From Candidatus Eiseniibacteriota bacterium (GTDB lineage Bacteria > Eisenbacteria > RBG-16-71-46 > CAIMUX01 > VGJL01), in the NCBI GenBank assembly GCA_041946735.1, contig JBHGAY010000007.1:32001-96000 (forward strand): a stretch of 64,000 bases of DNA, read 5' to 3'. Below, in pieces: positions 47,794-56,465 of this stretch. Both the position numbers and the translations under genes were made by a program. Numbering within the stretch: position 1 is the stretch's first letter; each line of letters begins with the position of its first letter. The notes under the pieces are model-generated. The model was not told the origin of the DNA, searched no databases, and saw only the letters and a list, made by a program, of their open reading frames with translations.

Positions 47794-49556
47794 CCGTCCT
47801 CCTGTGCTTCGAGGCTCGGTAGATCGAGCACCATGCGGGTGCCGCCGCTGGCGACCGGCTCGACGCGCAACTCGCCGCCATGCTGCTCCACCAACCCGTG
47901 GCTCACGTACAACCCGAGGCCGGTACCCCCCGACTTGGTCGAGTAGAACGGCTCGAAGATGTGGGGCAGGTGCTCCGGCGCGATCCCGCATCCGCGATCC
48001 TCGATCCAGATCTGGAGGATCGTGGAAGGTTCGCCCTGCTGCCGGCGCCAGCCGATCTCGACCTCGGCCCCCGCCGGGGAGGCCTCGGTCGCGTTTCGAA
48101 CGAGGTTGACCAGGACCTGGACCATCCGGTCGGCGTCGACCGCGACGCGGGCCGGCTGGAGGGTCTCCTCGAGAGGCGGGCGGACCGAGAACCGGACCCC
48201 TCGCTCCCGTGCAAGCGGCTCGACCGCCTGGCAGCTCCGCTGCACGAGCTTCGCCGCTTCCATCGGCACCTTCTCGAGAGGCTGCCGGCGCGCCGGCTCG
48301 AGAAGATCGCGCACGATCCTGTCGAGCCTCTGGATCTCCCCGCGCAGCAGGTTCAGATCGTCGTGCTGCGTCTCCGGCACGTGCGTCGCGAGGAAGTCGA
48401 CCCCCGCCCCGATCGCGGCGAGGGGATTGCGGATCTCGTGAGCGACCGCGCTGGCGAAGCGCCCGAGGGCAGCGAGGCGATCGAGCCGCCGCATCTCCTG
48501 TTCCATCGCGCGAACCGGCCGCAGATCGGAAAGGGTGACGACGATGCCGCCGCCCGACTCCCCCACCTCTCCCAGCGGGACGATCGAAAGGCTCGCCGGT
48601 ATCCGCTGCCGTCCCGTCGCGAGCAGGATCTCCTCGTGCTCGACTCCGTGGCCGCTGGCGAGCGATTGCCGGCAGGAGGCGACGAGCTGCGGCGCCGCGT
48701 CGGCCAGCTTCTCGATCGGCTCGCCGAGCAGCGAGTCCCGCTCGACGGCAAGGAGCGCCTGTGCCGTGCGGTTGAGCGCGGTGATCCGCCCCGACCCGTC
48801 CGTCGCCAGCAGCCCATCCCCCATCGCCTCGAGGAGGCACTCGCGGAAGCGCCGCTCGCGTGCATTGCGCTGCTGGTGCCTGACGCTTTCGAGGAGCGTG
48901 GCCGCCTGGAATGCGATCTGCTCGACCTCGAGCGGATCGGTCCCGGCTCCGGTCACCTCGTCGGGCCGGAGCCCGAGGAGTCCGAGGATCGGGCTGCCGC
49001 TCGCGCGCGCCTCGTCGCTGCCCGCCTGGAGCGGCAGCAGGACCGGCGGCGCCGCCGGACGGCCGGGAGGAGACGGCACCGCGGCGCCGGACGCCGGCTG
49101 GCCGGCGAGGACGCGCTCGAACGCCGTCTGGCGGATCGTTTCCGGCGACCAGCGGATCGCCTCGCACAACCGGCCCGTTCCGGCGCGTGCCCGGTAGCCC
49201 CGCAGTCCGCCTTGCTCCGTCCCGGAGAGGACGACGACCTCCGCGAGGCCGTATGCCTGGCGGAGGTAATGGCTCATCGTCCGCAGGACCTTCTCCTCGT
49301 CGGGGTCGCGCAGAAGCGTCTCGGTCAGCTCGCGAAGCCCGGCGAGGCGGATGTTGTTCTGGATCAGCTGCCGTTGTTTCCCCTCGAGGATCTCGAGGAG
49401 CGCGAGTCCCCCGTCCTCGATAGCGCCCGGTCCTGAGAGATCGGGAAGCTCGGGAACGAGGGCGCGAAGCTCCTCGGTGCGAGCGATCAGACGATCGAGC
49501 GCAACGCCCGGATCCGGGCAGGATTCCCCATCGCGGGGAAGCGGAAATCCTCCCAT
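47775..49556 (-). CDS. Cytoplasmic GAF/PAS sensor histidine kinase
   Basis: AHEIRNPL H-box, NLVRNA N-box, DRGCGI, FEPFYSTK, GTGLGL; PAS (LEAMGDGLLATDGSGRITALN); no obvious TM. Confidence 0.93.
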   Translation of the reverse strand: MGGFPLPRDGESCPDPGVALDRLIARTEELRALVPELPDLSGPGAIEDGGLALLEILEGKQRQLIQNNIRLAGLRELTETLLRDPDEEKVLRTMSHYLRQAYGLAEVVVLSGTEQGGLRGYRARAGTGRLCEAIRWSPETIRQTAFERVLAGQPASGAAVPSPPGRPAAPPVLLPLQAGSDEARASGSPILGLLGLRPDEVTGAGTDPLEVEQIAFQAATLLESVRHQQRNARERRFRECLLEAMGDGLLATDGSGRITALNRTAQALLAVERDSLLGEPIEKLADAAPQLVASCRQSLASGHGVEHEEILLATGRQRIPASLSIVPLGEVGESGGGIVVTLSDLRPVRAMEQEMRRLDRLAALGRFASAVAHEIRNPLAAIGAGVDFLATHVPETQHDDLNLLRGEIQRLDRIVRDLLEPARRQPLEKVPMEAAKLVQRSCQAVEPLARERGVRFSVRPPLEETLQPARVAVDADRMVQVLVNLVRNATEASPAGAEVEIGWRRQQGEPSTILQIWIEDRGCGIAPEHLPHIFEPFYSTKSGGTGLGLYVSHGLVEQHGGELRVEPVASGGTRMVLDLPSLEAQEDGCPLRS

Positions 49557-49638
49557 GACATCCTCCCGGAACTGTATCGGCAGTCAGGATGGGGAGGATG
49601 AGAGGGAAGCGGTTCGAAATCCCCCGTGGGGTGCAAGG

Positions 49639-50694
49639 CTAGGCGCCGAGATGCTGGAAGAGCGAGAGGTTCTCCTCGACCCACGAGCAGATGCGCTCGA
49701 CCCCTTCCCGCGGAGCGACCCTCGGCTCCCAGCCCAGCTCCGAGCGGGCGCGGGCGATCCGCGAGACGTAGACCTTCTGGTCGCTCGGACGCCACGGCCC
49801 CTGGCGGAACGGGACCTTCCGCCCGAGGCGCTGCTCGAGGAGCGAGAGAAGCTCGAGGAGAGAGAGCGTGTTCTCCGGCCCGCCGCCCATGTTGTAGACG
49901 CCGATCTGGGGACCGCGCTCGAGAAACGACTCGTAGGCGCGGACCAGATCGTCCACCCACAGCACGTCGCGCACCTGGCGTCCATCCCCGAAGACCGTCA
50001 GCGGCGCGCCGCGCATCGCTGCGAGGACGAACCATGCGACCCACCCCTGATCCTCCATCCCGAACTGCCGCGTGCCATAGATGCACGACATCCGGAAGAC
50101 GCCGACGCGCAGGCCGAAGAGATGGCCGTAGTCCTGCGCGTAGAGATCGCCGGACAGCTTCGAGCAGCCGTACGGGGTGTGCTCGCACAGATCGATTCCG
50201 AAGTCCTCCGGAATCCCGCTCTCGTAGGGGCTGCCGAAGCGATAGCGGCTCGGCTCCTCGACGATCGGCACGCGATTGACGTTCGCGCCGTAGACCTTGT
50301 TCGTCGAGCAATACAGGACGGCGGGATGCTGTGGCGATCGCCGAGCCGCTTCGAGCACCCGGAAGGTGCCGAGGGAGTTCGACAAGAAGTCGGTTTCGGG
50401 ATCGATGGTCGAGGTGGTCACGGCGGTCTGCGCAGCGCAGTGGAGAACCGCGTCCGCGTCGCGCAGCAGGCCGTCCATCAGGCCCGGCTCGCGGACGTCG
50501 CCGCGCACGCGCTCGATTCCGGGAAGGGCGCCGAGGTAGTCCCACTGGAAGGAGGCGTTCGGATCGGGCTTTTGGAGGAGCTGGCCGCGCGAAAGGTTGT
50601 CGACGATCCGCACCTTCCAGCCGCGCGCGGCGAAGCGCTCCGCCGCGTGCGATCCGATGAATCCCGCTCCCCCCGTCACCACGATCCTCGACAT
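49639..50694 (-). CDS. NAD-dependent sugar epimerase (CDP-paratose 2-epimerase/RfbE-like)
   Basis: VTGGAGFIG, AAQTAVTTS, STNKVYG, TPYGCSK, FRMSCIYG.RQFG.EDQGWVAWF. Confidence 0.88.
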   Translation of the reverse strand: MSRIVVTGGAGFIGSHAAERFAARGWKVRIVDNLSRGQLLQKPDPNASFQWDYLGALPGIERVRGDVREPGLMDGLLRDADAVLHCAAQTAVTTSTIDPETDFLSNSLGTFRVLEAARRSPQHPAVLYCSTNKVYGANVNRVPIVEEPSRYRFGSPYESGIPEDFGIDLCEHTPYGCSKLSGDLYAQDYGHLFGLRVGVFRMSCIYGTRQFGMEDQGWVAWFVLAAMRGAPLTVFGDGRQVRDVLWVDDLVRAYESFLERGPQIGVYNMGGGPENTLSLLELLSLLEQRLGRKVPFRQGPWRPSDQKVYVSRIARARSELGWEPRVAPREGVERICSWVEENLSLFQHLGA

Positions 50695-50844
50695 CTCCCC
50701 CTCCTCTCGACGGCCCGCCCGAAAGGAGGGTACGGAGCGCGCGGGCGCTCCGCAAGCGACGGGACCTCCGCGCCGCCCGGACGCCGCGGGCCTGCGGCGG
50801 CGCCGAGGAGAGCTGAGCGAGGAGCCCCCTCCGCGCCGCTGCGA

Positions 50845-51915
50845 TCAGCGCCGTGCGCTGTTCGCGGGCGTGCGCGAGGCGGCCGGCGGCCGCGCGATTC
50901 CGGCAGGCGTCGCCTCGTTGGAGCCACGGCCACGCAGCGAGATCGAGAAGTGGTGCGTCGCGTCGGTTCCGGGGCCCGACGCGAATGCGTAAGCGACGGA
51001 GACCGGATCGAACGACAGCTCGAACCCCGCGCGGGGAACGAACCGCTCCCCGGAAGGATCGCCGGGCTCATAGCTGCCACCGACGAGCAGGGCGAGCGAG
51101 GCGCCTGCGCGCACGCGCGCGCCGCTTCGCATGCGAAACGCTCCGAAGCGGTCGACGAGGCCGGAAACCGTCACGTCGGCGACCTGCCCGATCGCCCAGT
51201 CGAGTCCCGCCGCGCCTTCGGCCGGGAGCGGATAGGGATAACCGGCGGCGCCGCGGGTCGAGGGACCGAGATTGCGCGCGGCAAGTCCCAGGCGGGCGGG
51301 ACCGAGGTCCTTCTCGATTCCGGCGTCGCAAGCGAATCCCCAGCAGTGGGAATCGGGACCAGAGAGCAACAGCGCGCGCGCGGTCGCGCCGGCGCGCAGG
51401 CCATCCGCGAGGGTCGCGCCGTAGCCCGCCGCGGCCGTCGACTCGAACGGCCGGAAGGAACCGGTCGCGTTGCCCTCGGCGTCCCACCCCTCGAAGCTGC
51501 CCGCATGAAGCACGGCCGCCTCGAGCGCGAAGGAGCCGGGGCCGGCAGGGACCGTGCCGCCGGTCCATTCCAGGCGCAAATCGGACTGGAAGGCCTGATG
51601 GCCGCCCGACCACGATGCGGCAGCCTGCCGGCCCAGGCCGGCGGGATTCGACCGCAATGCCTCGGCTCCGAACTCCCCGCATGCGCCGGGACCGCCGAGA
51701 GCGGTTTGCGAAGCGCTCGCCGCTCGCCGCAGCGATGGAAAGGCGAAGCTCCGAGCGCCGGCGGCCTCGGCCGGACGGCCAAGCGCGCCGAGAGCGAGCA
51801 GGACCGCCAGGGTCTGCGGGACCAGCCGGAACGGCAGGACGGACGGAAGAACCGGGAGTGGCCAGGGGGTTCGGCGGGTCGTGGGAATCGATGGATGAGA
51901 TGTGCGCGCTGTCAT
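50845..51915 (-). CDS. Outer-membrane beta-barrel protein, PorV/PorQ-like (UPF0164-like)
   Basis: Signal peptide, ALGG...ALRSNPAGL, GWDAEGNATGSF, DAG, GLAARNLG, VAYAF...THHFSISL. Confidence 0.65.
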   Translation of the reverse strand: MTARTSHPSIPTTRRTPWPLPVLPSVLPFRLVPQTLAVLLALGALGRPAEAAGARSFAFPSLRRAASASQTALGGPGACGEFGAEALRSNPAGLGRQAAASWSGGHQAFQSDLRLEWTGGTVPAGPGSFALEAAVLHAGSFEGWDAEGNATGSFRPFESTAAAGYGATLADGLRAGATARALLLSGPDSHCWGFACDAGIEKDLGPARLGLAARNLGPSTRGAAGYPYPLPAEGAAGLDWAIGQVADVTVSGLVDRFGAFRMRSGARVRAGASLALLVGGSYEPGDPSGERFVPRAGFELSFDPVSVAYAFASGPGTDATHHFSISLRGRGSNEATPAGIARPPAASRTPANSARR

Positions 51916-51930
51916 GGCGCACGGAGAAGG

Positions 51931-51945
51931 GCGACAAACGTGCCG
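51931..51945 (-). promoter_or_regulatory. sigma54 (-24/-12) promoter candidate
   Basis: Minus strand CGGCACGTTTGTCGC, correct GG-N10-GC spacing. Confidence 0.55.
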
Positions 51946-52066
51946 ATGGCTCCGGCCCGAAGGCTCCCAGGCGGAGCGCGCACAACTTCATGCCCGTTAA
52001 ACGCTTACATCGTTGGCTTCAAGCTCCTTCGCGGTCTCGCGGCGGCGCTCGGTCGGTCCACCTCAC

Positions 52067-52096
52067 TGCAGAATGCGAACGCGGTCGCAGGATGCA
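52067..52096. promoter_or_regulatory. Inverted repeat, candidate enhancer (UAS) for a sigma54 activator
   Basis: TGCAgaaTGCGA-N6-TCGCAggaTGCA, about 120-150 bp upstream of the -24/-12 element. Confidence 0.45.
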
Positions 52097-52188
52097 ATGC
52101 GGGGCGAATCCCGGGCCACGGCCGATCCGCCCCGCTTCCCGGCTCGCCGGAAGGGGTCAGCACCTCCCGGGACTCGGCGTCGGAGACG

Positions 52189-53157
52189 TCAAGACGCCTC
52201 CCGGAACCACGCGAGGGTCTCTGCGATCCCTTCGCGGAGTCCGATGCGCGGCTGGAAGCCGAGGAGGGAACGAGCCCGCGAGATGTCGGCCATCGAGTCG
52301 CGCACGTCTCCGGTCCGCGACGGAGCGAACCGGGGCTCGACCTTGCGTCCCGTGACATCGCCGAGAACGCCCAGCAAGTCGAGCAGGGAGATGCGATCCC
52401 CGCACGCGACGTTGACCGCCTCGCCGTGCAGCTCGGGCGCCTCGAGGGCCGCCAGGTTCGCATCGACGACATTGTCGATGTACGTGAAGTCGCGGGTCTG
52501 CAGCCCGTCCCCGAAGATCGTCGGCGGCTCACCGCTCAGCATCGCGCGGAGGAAGAGCGGAATCACCGCGGCATACGGGGAGCCGGGGTCCTGTCGAGGA
52601 CCGAAGACGTTGAAGTAGCGCAGCGTGACGCCAGAGAGCCCGTACAGCTCGGCGTAGAGCCGGACGTGCTGCTCCGCCTCGAGCTTCGAGAGCGCGTACG
52701 GGGAGCGCGGGGACGGCGACATCGTCTCCCGCTTCGGAAGCTCCGGCTGATCGCCGTATACCGACGAAGAGCCGGCCAGCAGGAACCGCTGCACGCCGGA
52801 CCCTCGCGCCGCCTCCAGGAGGCGGACGGTGCCATCCACGTTGACCTCGTGGCTCGTCCAGGGGTCCTTGACGGAGCGCTCGACGGAGGGCAGAGCCGCC
52901 TGATGCAGGATCGCGCGGACGCCTTCGACCGCCCGCTGGACGTCGGCGGGGCTCCGGACGTCGCCCTGCAGGAATTCGATCCGTCCCGGATGCCGCCCGA
53001 GGAGCCTCTCGACGTTCTCGCGCCTGCCGGTCGAGAGATCATCGAGGATCCGGACGAAGCGACCCGTGCCAGCCAGCCGATCGGCCAGATGGGATCCGAT
53101 GAAGCCGGCGCCGCCGGTCACGAGGACCGCCTCCCGCTCGGGATTCGCCGGTCTCAT
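52189..53157 (-). CDS. UDP-hexose/HexNAc 4-epimerase (WbpP/TviC-like SDR)
   Basis: VTGGAGFIGSH, HQAALPSVERSV.DP, SSSVYG, SPYALSK, LRYFNVFGPRQDP.SPYAAVIP. Confidence 0.9.
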   Translation of the reverse strand: MRPANPEREAVLVTGGAGFIGSHLADRLAGTGRFVRILDDLSTGRRENVERLLGRHPGRIEFLQGDVRSPADVQRAVEGVRAILHQAALPSVERSVKDPWTSHEVNVDGTVRLLEAARGSGVQRFLLAGSSSVYGDQPELPKRETMSPSPRSPYALSKLEAEQHVRLYAELYGLSGVTLRYFNVFGPRQDPGSPYAAVIPLFLRAMLSGEPPTIFGDGLQTRDFTYIDNVVDANLAALEAPELHGEAVNVACGDRISLLDLLGVLGDVTGRKVEPRFAPSRTGDVRDSMADISRARSLLGFQPRIGLREGIAETLAWFREAS

Positions 53158-54449
53158 AGCCGGAACAACTTGGGGCTTTCGACCCCCTTCCAGGCGTTTC
53201 GCGTGTCGACGACGAGGCGGCACTGCTCGAGAATCCTCTCGTAGGGCAGCTCGTCGTGTGCGGTGACGAGGACGGCGCAATCGCACTCGCGCAGGGTCTC
53301 CTCGGACAGCTCGACCGACTCGAGCGTCCCCTCGCCCAAACGGATTCTCGTGACCCGCGGATCATAGTAGGACACCACTCCCCCCATCTCCCGCAGGAGC
53401 TCCAGGATGTCGAGCGCCGGGGATTCGCGAACGTCATCGACGTTGGCCTTGTAGGCGACGCCCAGGATCAGGATGCGCGAGCCGTGCACGCTCTTGCGGA
53501 TCGAGTTCAGGGCGAGGGTGACCTTCCGCACCACGTGATGGGGCATCGAGGAGTTGATCTGCCCCGCCAGCTCGATGAAACGGGCCTCGAACCCCGCCGC
53601 CCTCGCCTTCCAGGAGAGGTAGAACGGATCGATCGGGATGCAGTGTCCTCCGAGTCCCGGGCCGGGATAGAAAGGCATGAAGCCGAACGGCTTCGTCGCC
53701 GCTGCGTCGATCACCTCCCAGACGTCGATCCCCATCCGGTCGCACATCAGCGCGAGCTCGTTGACGAGACCGATGTTGACGCTCCGGAAGGTGTTCTCGA
53801 GCAGCTTCGCCATCTCCGCGACCTTCGGGGAGCCGACCGGCACGACGGCGCCCAGGCAGGAACCGTAGAGCAGCGCGGCGAGCTTCGTGCACTCCGGGGT
53901 CGTTCCGCCCACGACCTTCGGGATGTTCCGCGTCTGGAACCGGGGGTTGCCCGGGTCGACCCGCTCGGGAGAGAAGGCGAGGTGAAAGTCGACCCCGACG
54001 CGCAGGCCGGTCTGCTCGAGCCTCGGTTGGATCAGCTCCTCGGTCGTCCCGGGATAGGTCGTGCTCTCGAGGACGATCAGCATCCCCGGATGCAGGTAGA
54101 GCGCGATCTTCTCCAGCGCCTCGACGATGAAGGAGACGTCCGGGTCGCGCGTCTTGCGCAGCGGGGTGGGTACGCAGATGTCGACCGTGTCGCAGGTCGC
54201 CAGGACGGAGGCGTCCGTGGTGGCGACGAGGCGCCCGGAGCGGACCAGCGGGGCGAGTTCCGCGTCCGGGACGTCCTGGACGTACGACCGTCCCGCCTGG
54301 AGCTGGGCCACCTTCTCGGGATCGACGTCGATCCCGGTCACCCGGTAGCCGGCCCGCGCGAACTCGACCGCCAGCGGGAGGCCGACGTATCCCAGCCCGA
54401 TCACTCCGACGTGCGCGGTTTTTTCCCGGATCTTCGTCTCGAGGTCCAC
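53154..54449 (-). CDS. UDP-N-acetylhexosamine 6-dehydrogenase (WbpA/TviB-like)
   Basis: GLGYVGLP, CVPTP, ESTTYPGTT, SPER, KLLENTFRSVNI, GPGLGGHCIP.DP, D.RESP; GTG after GGAGGAGG. Confidence 0.93.
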   Translation of the reverse strand: MDLETKIREKTAHVGVIGLGYVGLPLAVEFARAGYRVTGIDVDPEKVAQLQAGRSYVQDVPDAELAPLVRSGRLVATTDASVLATCDTVDICVPTPLRKTRDPDVSFIVEALEKIALYLHPGMLIVLESTTYPGTTEELIQPRLEQTGLRVGVDFHLAFSPERVDPGNPRFQTRNIPKVVGGTTPECTKLAALLYGSCLGAVVPVGSPKVAEMAKLLENTFRSVNIGLVNELALMCDRMGIDVWEVIDAAATKPFGFMPFYPGPGLGGHCIPIDPFYLSWKARAAGFEARFIELAGQINSSMPHHVVRKVTLALNSIRKSVHGSRILILGVAYKANVDDVRESPALDILELLREMGGVVSYYDPRVTRIRLGEGTLESVELSEETLRECDCAVLVTAHDELPYERILEQCRLVVDTRNAWKGVESPKLFRL

Positions 54450-54469
54450 CTGGTTCCCTCCTCCCCTAC

Positions 54470-54518
54470 CTGGCACGCCTGGCTGGCACGCCCTGCCTGG
54501 CACGTCCTCTCTGGCACG
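54470..54518 (+). repeat. Four direct CTGGCACG repeats at 13-14 bp period
   Basis: CTGGCACG at 54470, 54483, 54497, 54511. Confidence 0.9.
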
Positions 54519-54750
54519 ATCGGTTCGCCCGGAGGCGCAACATGACATCTGTGAACGGAAGCACGACCCGGATCGTCACCGATCGGGGTCGTGCCGGTCC
54601 CGGCGGATGATACGGAACGGCCCCCCCGCTCGCAAGCAGGCCCCGATCCGGGTGCGACTTCCCGGAACCCTGTGGTATTTTCGGGCGTAGAGAGTCGGAC
54701 CCCAAGCCGAAGCAATTTCGTATGGTCCGGTTCCCGAAGGGAGAGAGCCG

Positions 54751-56367
54751 ATGAGTGGGAAGAGAACGCTCCTGGTGCTGGCAGCCTGCTTTGCGACCGC
54801 CACGGTCCTCGCGGGGGTCCTGTTCCTCAACAGCGGGCTCGCCGCAGGACGCACGGTCTACACGCAGCTCTCCGTACTGACCGAGGTCCTTTCGTATGTC
54901 ACCGACAACTACGTCGAGAAGGTGGAGCCGGAGGATCTCGTCGATGGCGCGATCAAGGGGATGCTGGACAAGCTCGATCCCCACTCCAACTACCTCGACC
55001 CCGAGCGGTTCAAGCGGATGCAGGAGCGCAACCGCGGCGCGTACTACGGGATCGGCGTGGAGTTCGACATCGTCGACGGCAACCTCACCGTCATCACCCC
55101 GATCGCGGGATCCCCGTCGGAGAAGCTCGGAATCCGGCCGGGCGACGTGATCGTCAAGATCGAGGGAGAGAACGCCAAGGGGATCAAGCAGGAGGACGTG
55201 TTCACGAAGCTCCGGGGGGAGCGCGGGACGGTCGTCCACGTCACGATCCGCAGACCGGGAGAGAAGGACCTGCTCGAGTTCGACATCGTGCGCGATGAGA
55301 TCCCCATCTACTCCGTTCCCAACTCGTTCATGCTGCAGCCCGGCGTCGGCTACATCCGGCTCGTCCGCTTCTCGAGCACGACGAGCGACGAGCTGGAGGA
55401 GGCGCTCGGGAAGCTGGAGGCGCAGGGGATGGAGAAGCTCCTCCTCGACCTCCGCGGCAACGCCGGCGGCTATCTCAACGAGGCGATCGAGGTCTCGGAC
55501 CTCTTCCTCCCCGGCGGAAAGAAGATCGTCTACACGCTCGGGAGGATTCCCGACTCCAACGAGGAGTACTTCTCGACCGGCCGCGCGAAGCATACGCAAT
55601 ACCCGCTCATCGTCCTGATCGATCACTCCAGCGCCAGCGCGTCGGAGATCGTCTCCGGAGCGATGCAGGACTGGGACCGCGGTCTGATCGTCGGCCAGCG
55701 GAGCTTCGGCAAGGGGCTGGTCCAGCGGCAGTACCCGCTGAAGAACGGCGGAGCGTTGCTGCTGACGGTGGCGCGCTACTACACCCCGAGCGGGCGCCTG
55801 ATCCAGCGGGACTACTCCGACAAGGAGCGCTACATCGAGGAGACGGCCGAGCAGATCGACGAGGAGCTGCAGGAGCAGGCGGACACCTCCTCGACTCCGC
55901 CGCCGGTCTATCACACCGCTGCGGGGCGGACGGTCTATGGGGGCGGTGGCATCACTCCGGACGTGAAGCTCGACCAGCGCTTCCCCTGGACGCGGCTGCA
56001 AGGGGAGCTCTCACGCGCCTACTTCGATTTCGCCAATCTCTACATCGGCGAGACGAGCTTCCGGCCGGCGAGCTTCGAGAGCTTCCGGCGCTACGAGGTC
56101 GGAGACGACGTCATCCAGCGCTTCGAGTCCTACTTGAAGACGAAGAAGATCGAGTACGAGCCGGACAGCCTGAAGGCGCAGATGGATCTGGTCCGCCATG
56201 GCATCAAGAGGGAGATGGCGCGAAACCTCTGGGGAGACAACGAGCGCTGGAACGTCTTGATGGACGAGGATCCGCAGATCCAGGAGGCCCTGGCGCTGAT
56301 GCCGCAGGCCGAGCTGATGGCGCGGCACGAGACGACCACCGGGGAGTGGCAGACGCACAGCCGGTAG
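54751..56367 (+). CDS. S41A carboxy-terminal processing protease (CtpA/Prc-like)
   Basis: LDPHS, PDZ (GIGV...GSPSEKLGIRPGD), LDLRGNAGG, SASASEIVSGAMQD, SFGKGLVQ, YYTPSGR.IQ. Confidence 0.95.
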   Translation: MSGKRTLLVLAACFATATVLAGVLFLNSGLAAGRTVYTQLSVLTEVLSYVTDNYVEKVEPEDLVDGAIKGMLDKLDPHSNYLDPERFKRMQERNRGAYYGIGVEFDIVDGNLTVITPIAGSPSEKLGIRPGDVIVKIEGENAKGIKQEDVFTKLRGERGTVVHVTIRRPGEKDLLEFDIVRDEIPIYSVPNSFMLQPGVGYIRLVRFSSTTSDELEEALGKLEAQGMEKLLLDLRGNAGGYLNEAIEVSDLFLPGGKKIVYTLGRIPDSNEEYFSTGRAKHTQYPLIVLIDHSSASASEIVSGAMQDWDRGLIVGQRSFGKGLVQRQYPLKNGGALLLTVARYYTPSGRLIQRDYSDKERYIEETAEQIDEELQEQADTSSTPPPVYHTAAGRTVYGGGGITPDVKLDQRFPWTRLQGELSRAYFDFANLYIGETSFRPASFESFRRYEVGDDVIQRFESYLKTKKIEYEPDSLKAQMDLVRHGIKREMARNLWGDNERWNVLMDEDPQIQEALALMPQAELMARHETTTGEWQTHSR

Positions 56368-56392
56368 GCGCTCGCCCGTCCGTTCAAGAAGG

Positions 56393-56436
56393 AAGTTGCG
56401 GGGTGGCAGATCGCTGCCACCCCGCAACTTTTTTCC
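56393..56436. terminator. Bidirectional intrinsic terminator
   Basis: AAGTTGCGGGGTGGCAG-ATCG-CTGCCACCCCGCAACTT perfect 17-bp stem, then TTTT; A-rich on the left side. Confidence 0.9.
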
Positions 56437-56465
56437 TGCGCATCTCTCCTGCGGATCCGGCCGCT

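Noticed and set aside
49351..53244. 1297-aa + strand ORF and other long shadow ORFs (e.g. 2496..5267 -, 56346..59165 +, 59688..61949 +)
   Set aside because: Antisense to well-supported genes, no recognisable motifs; expected from stop-codon scarcity at high GC.
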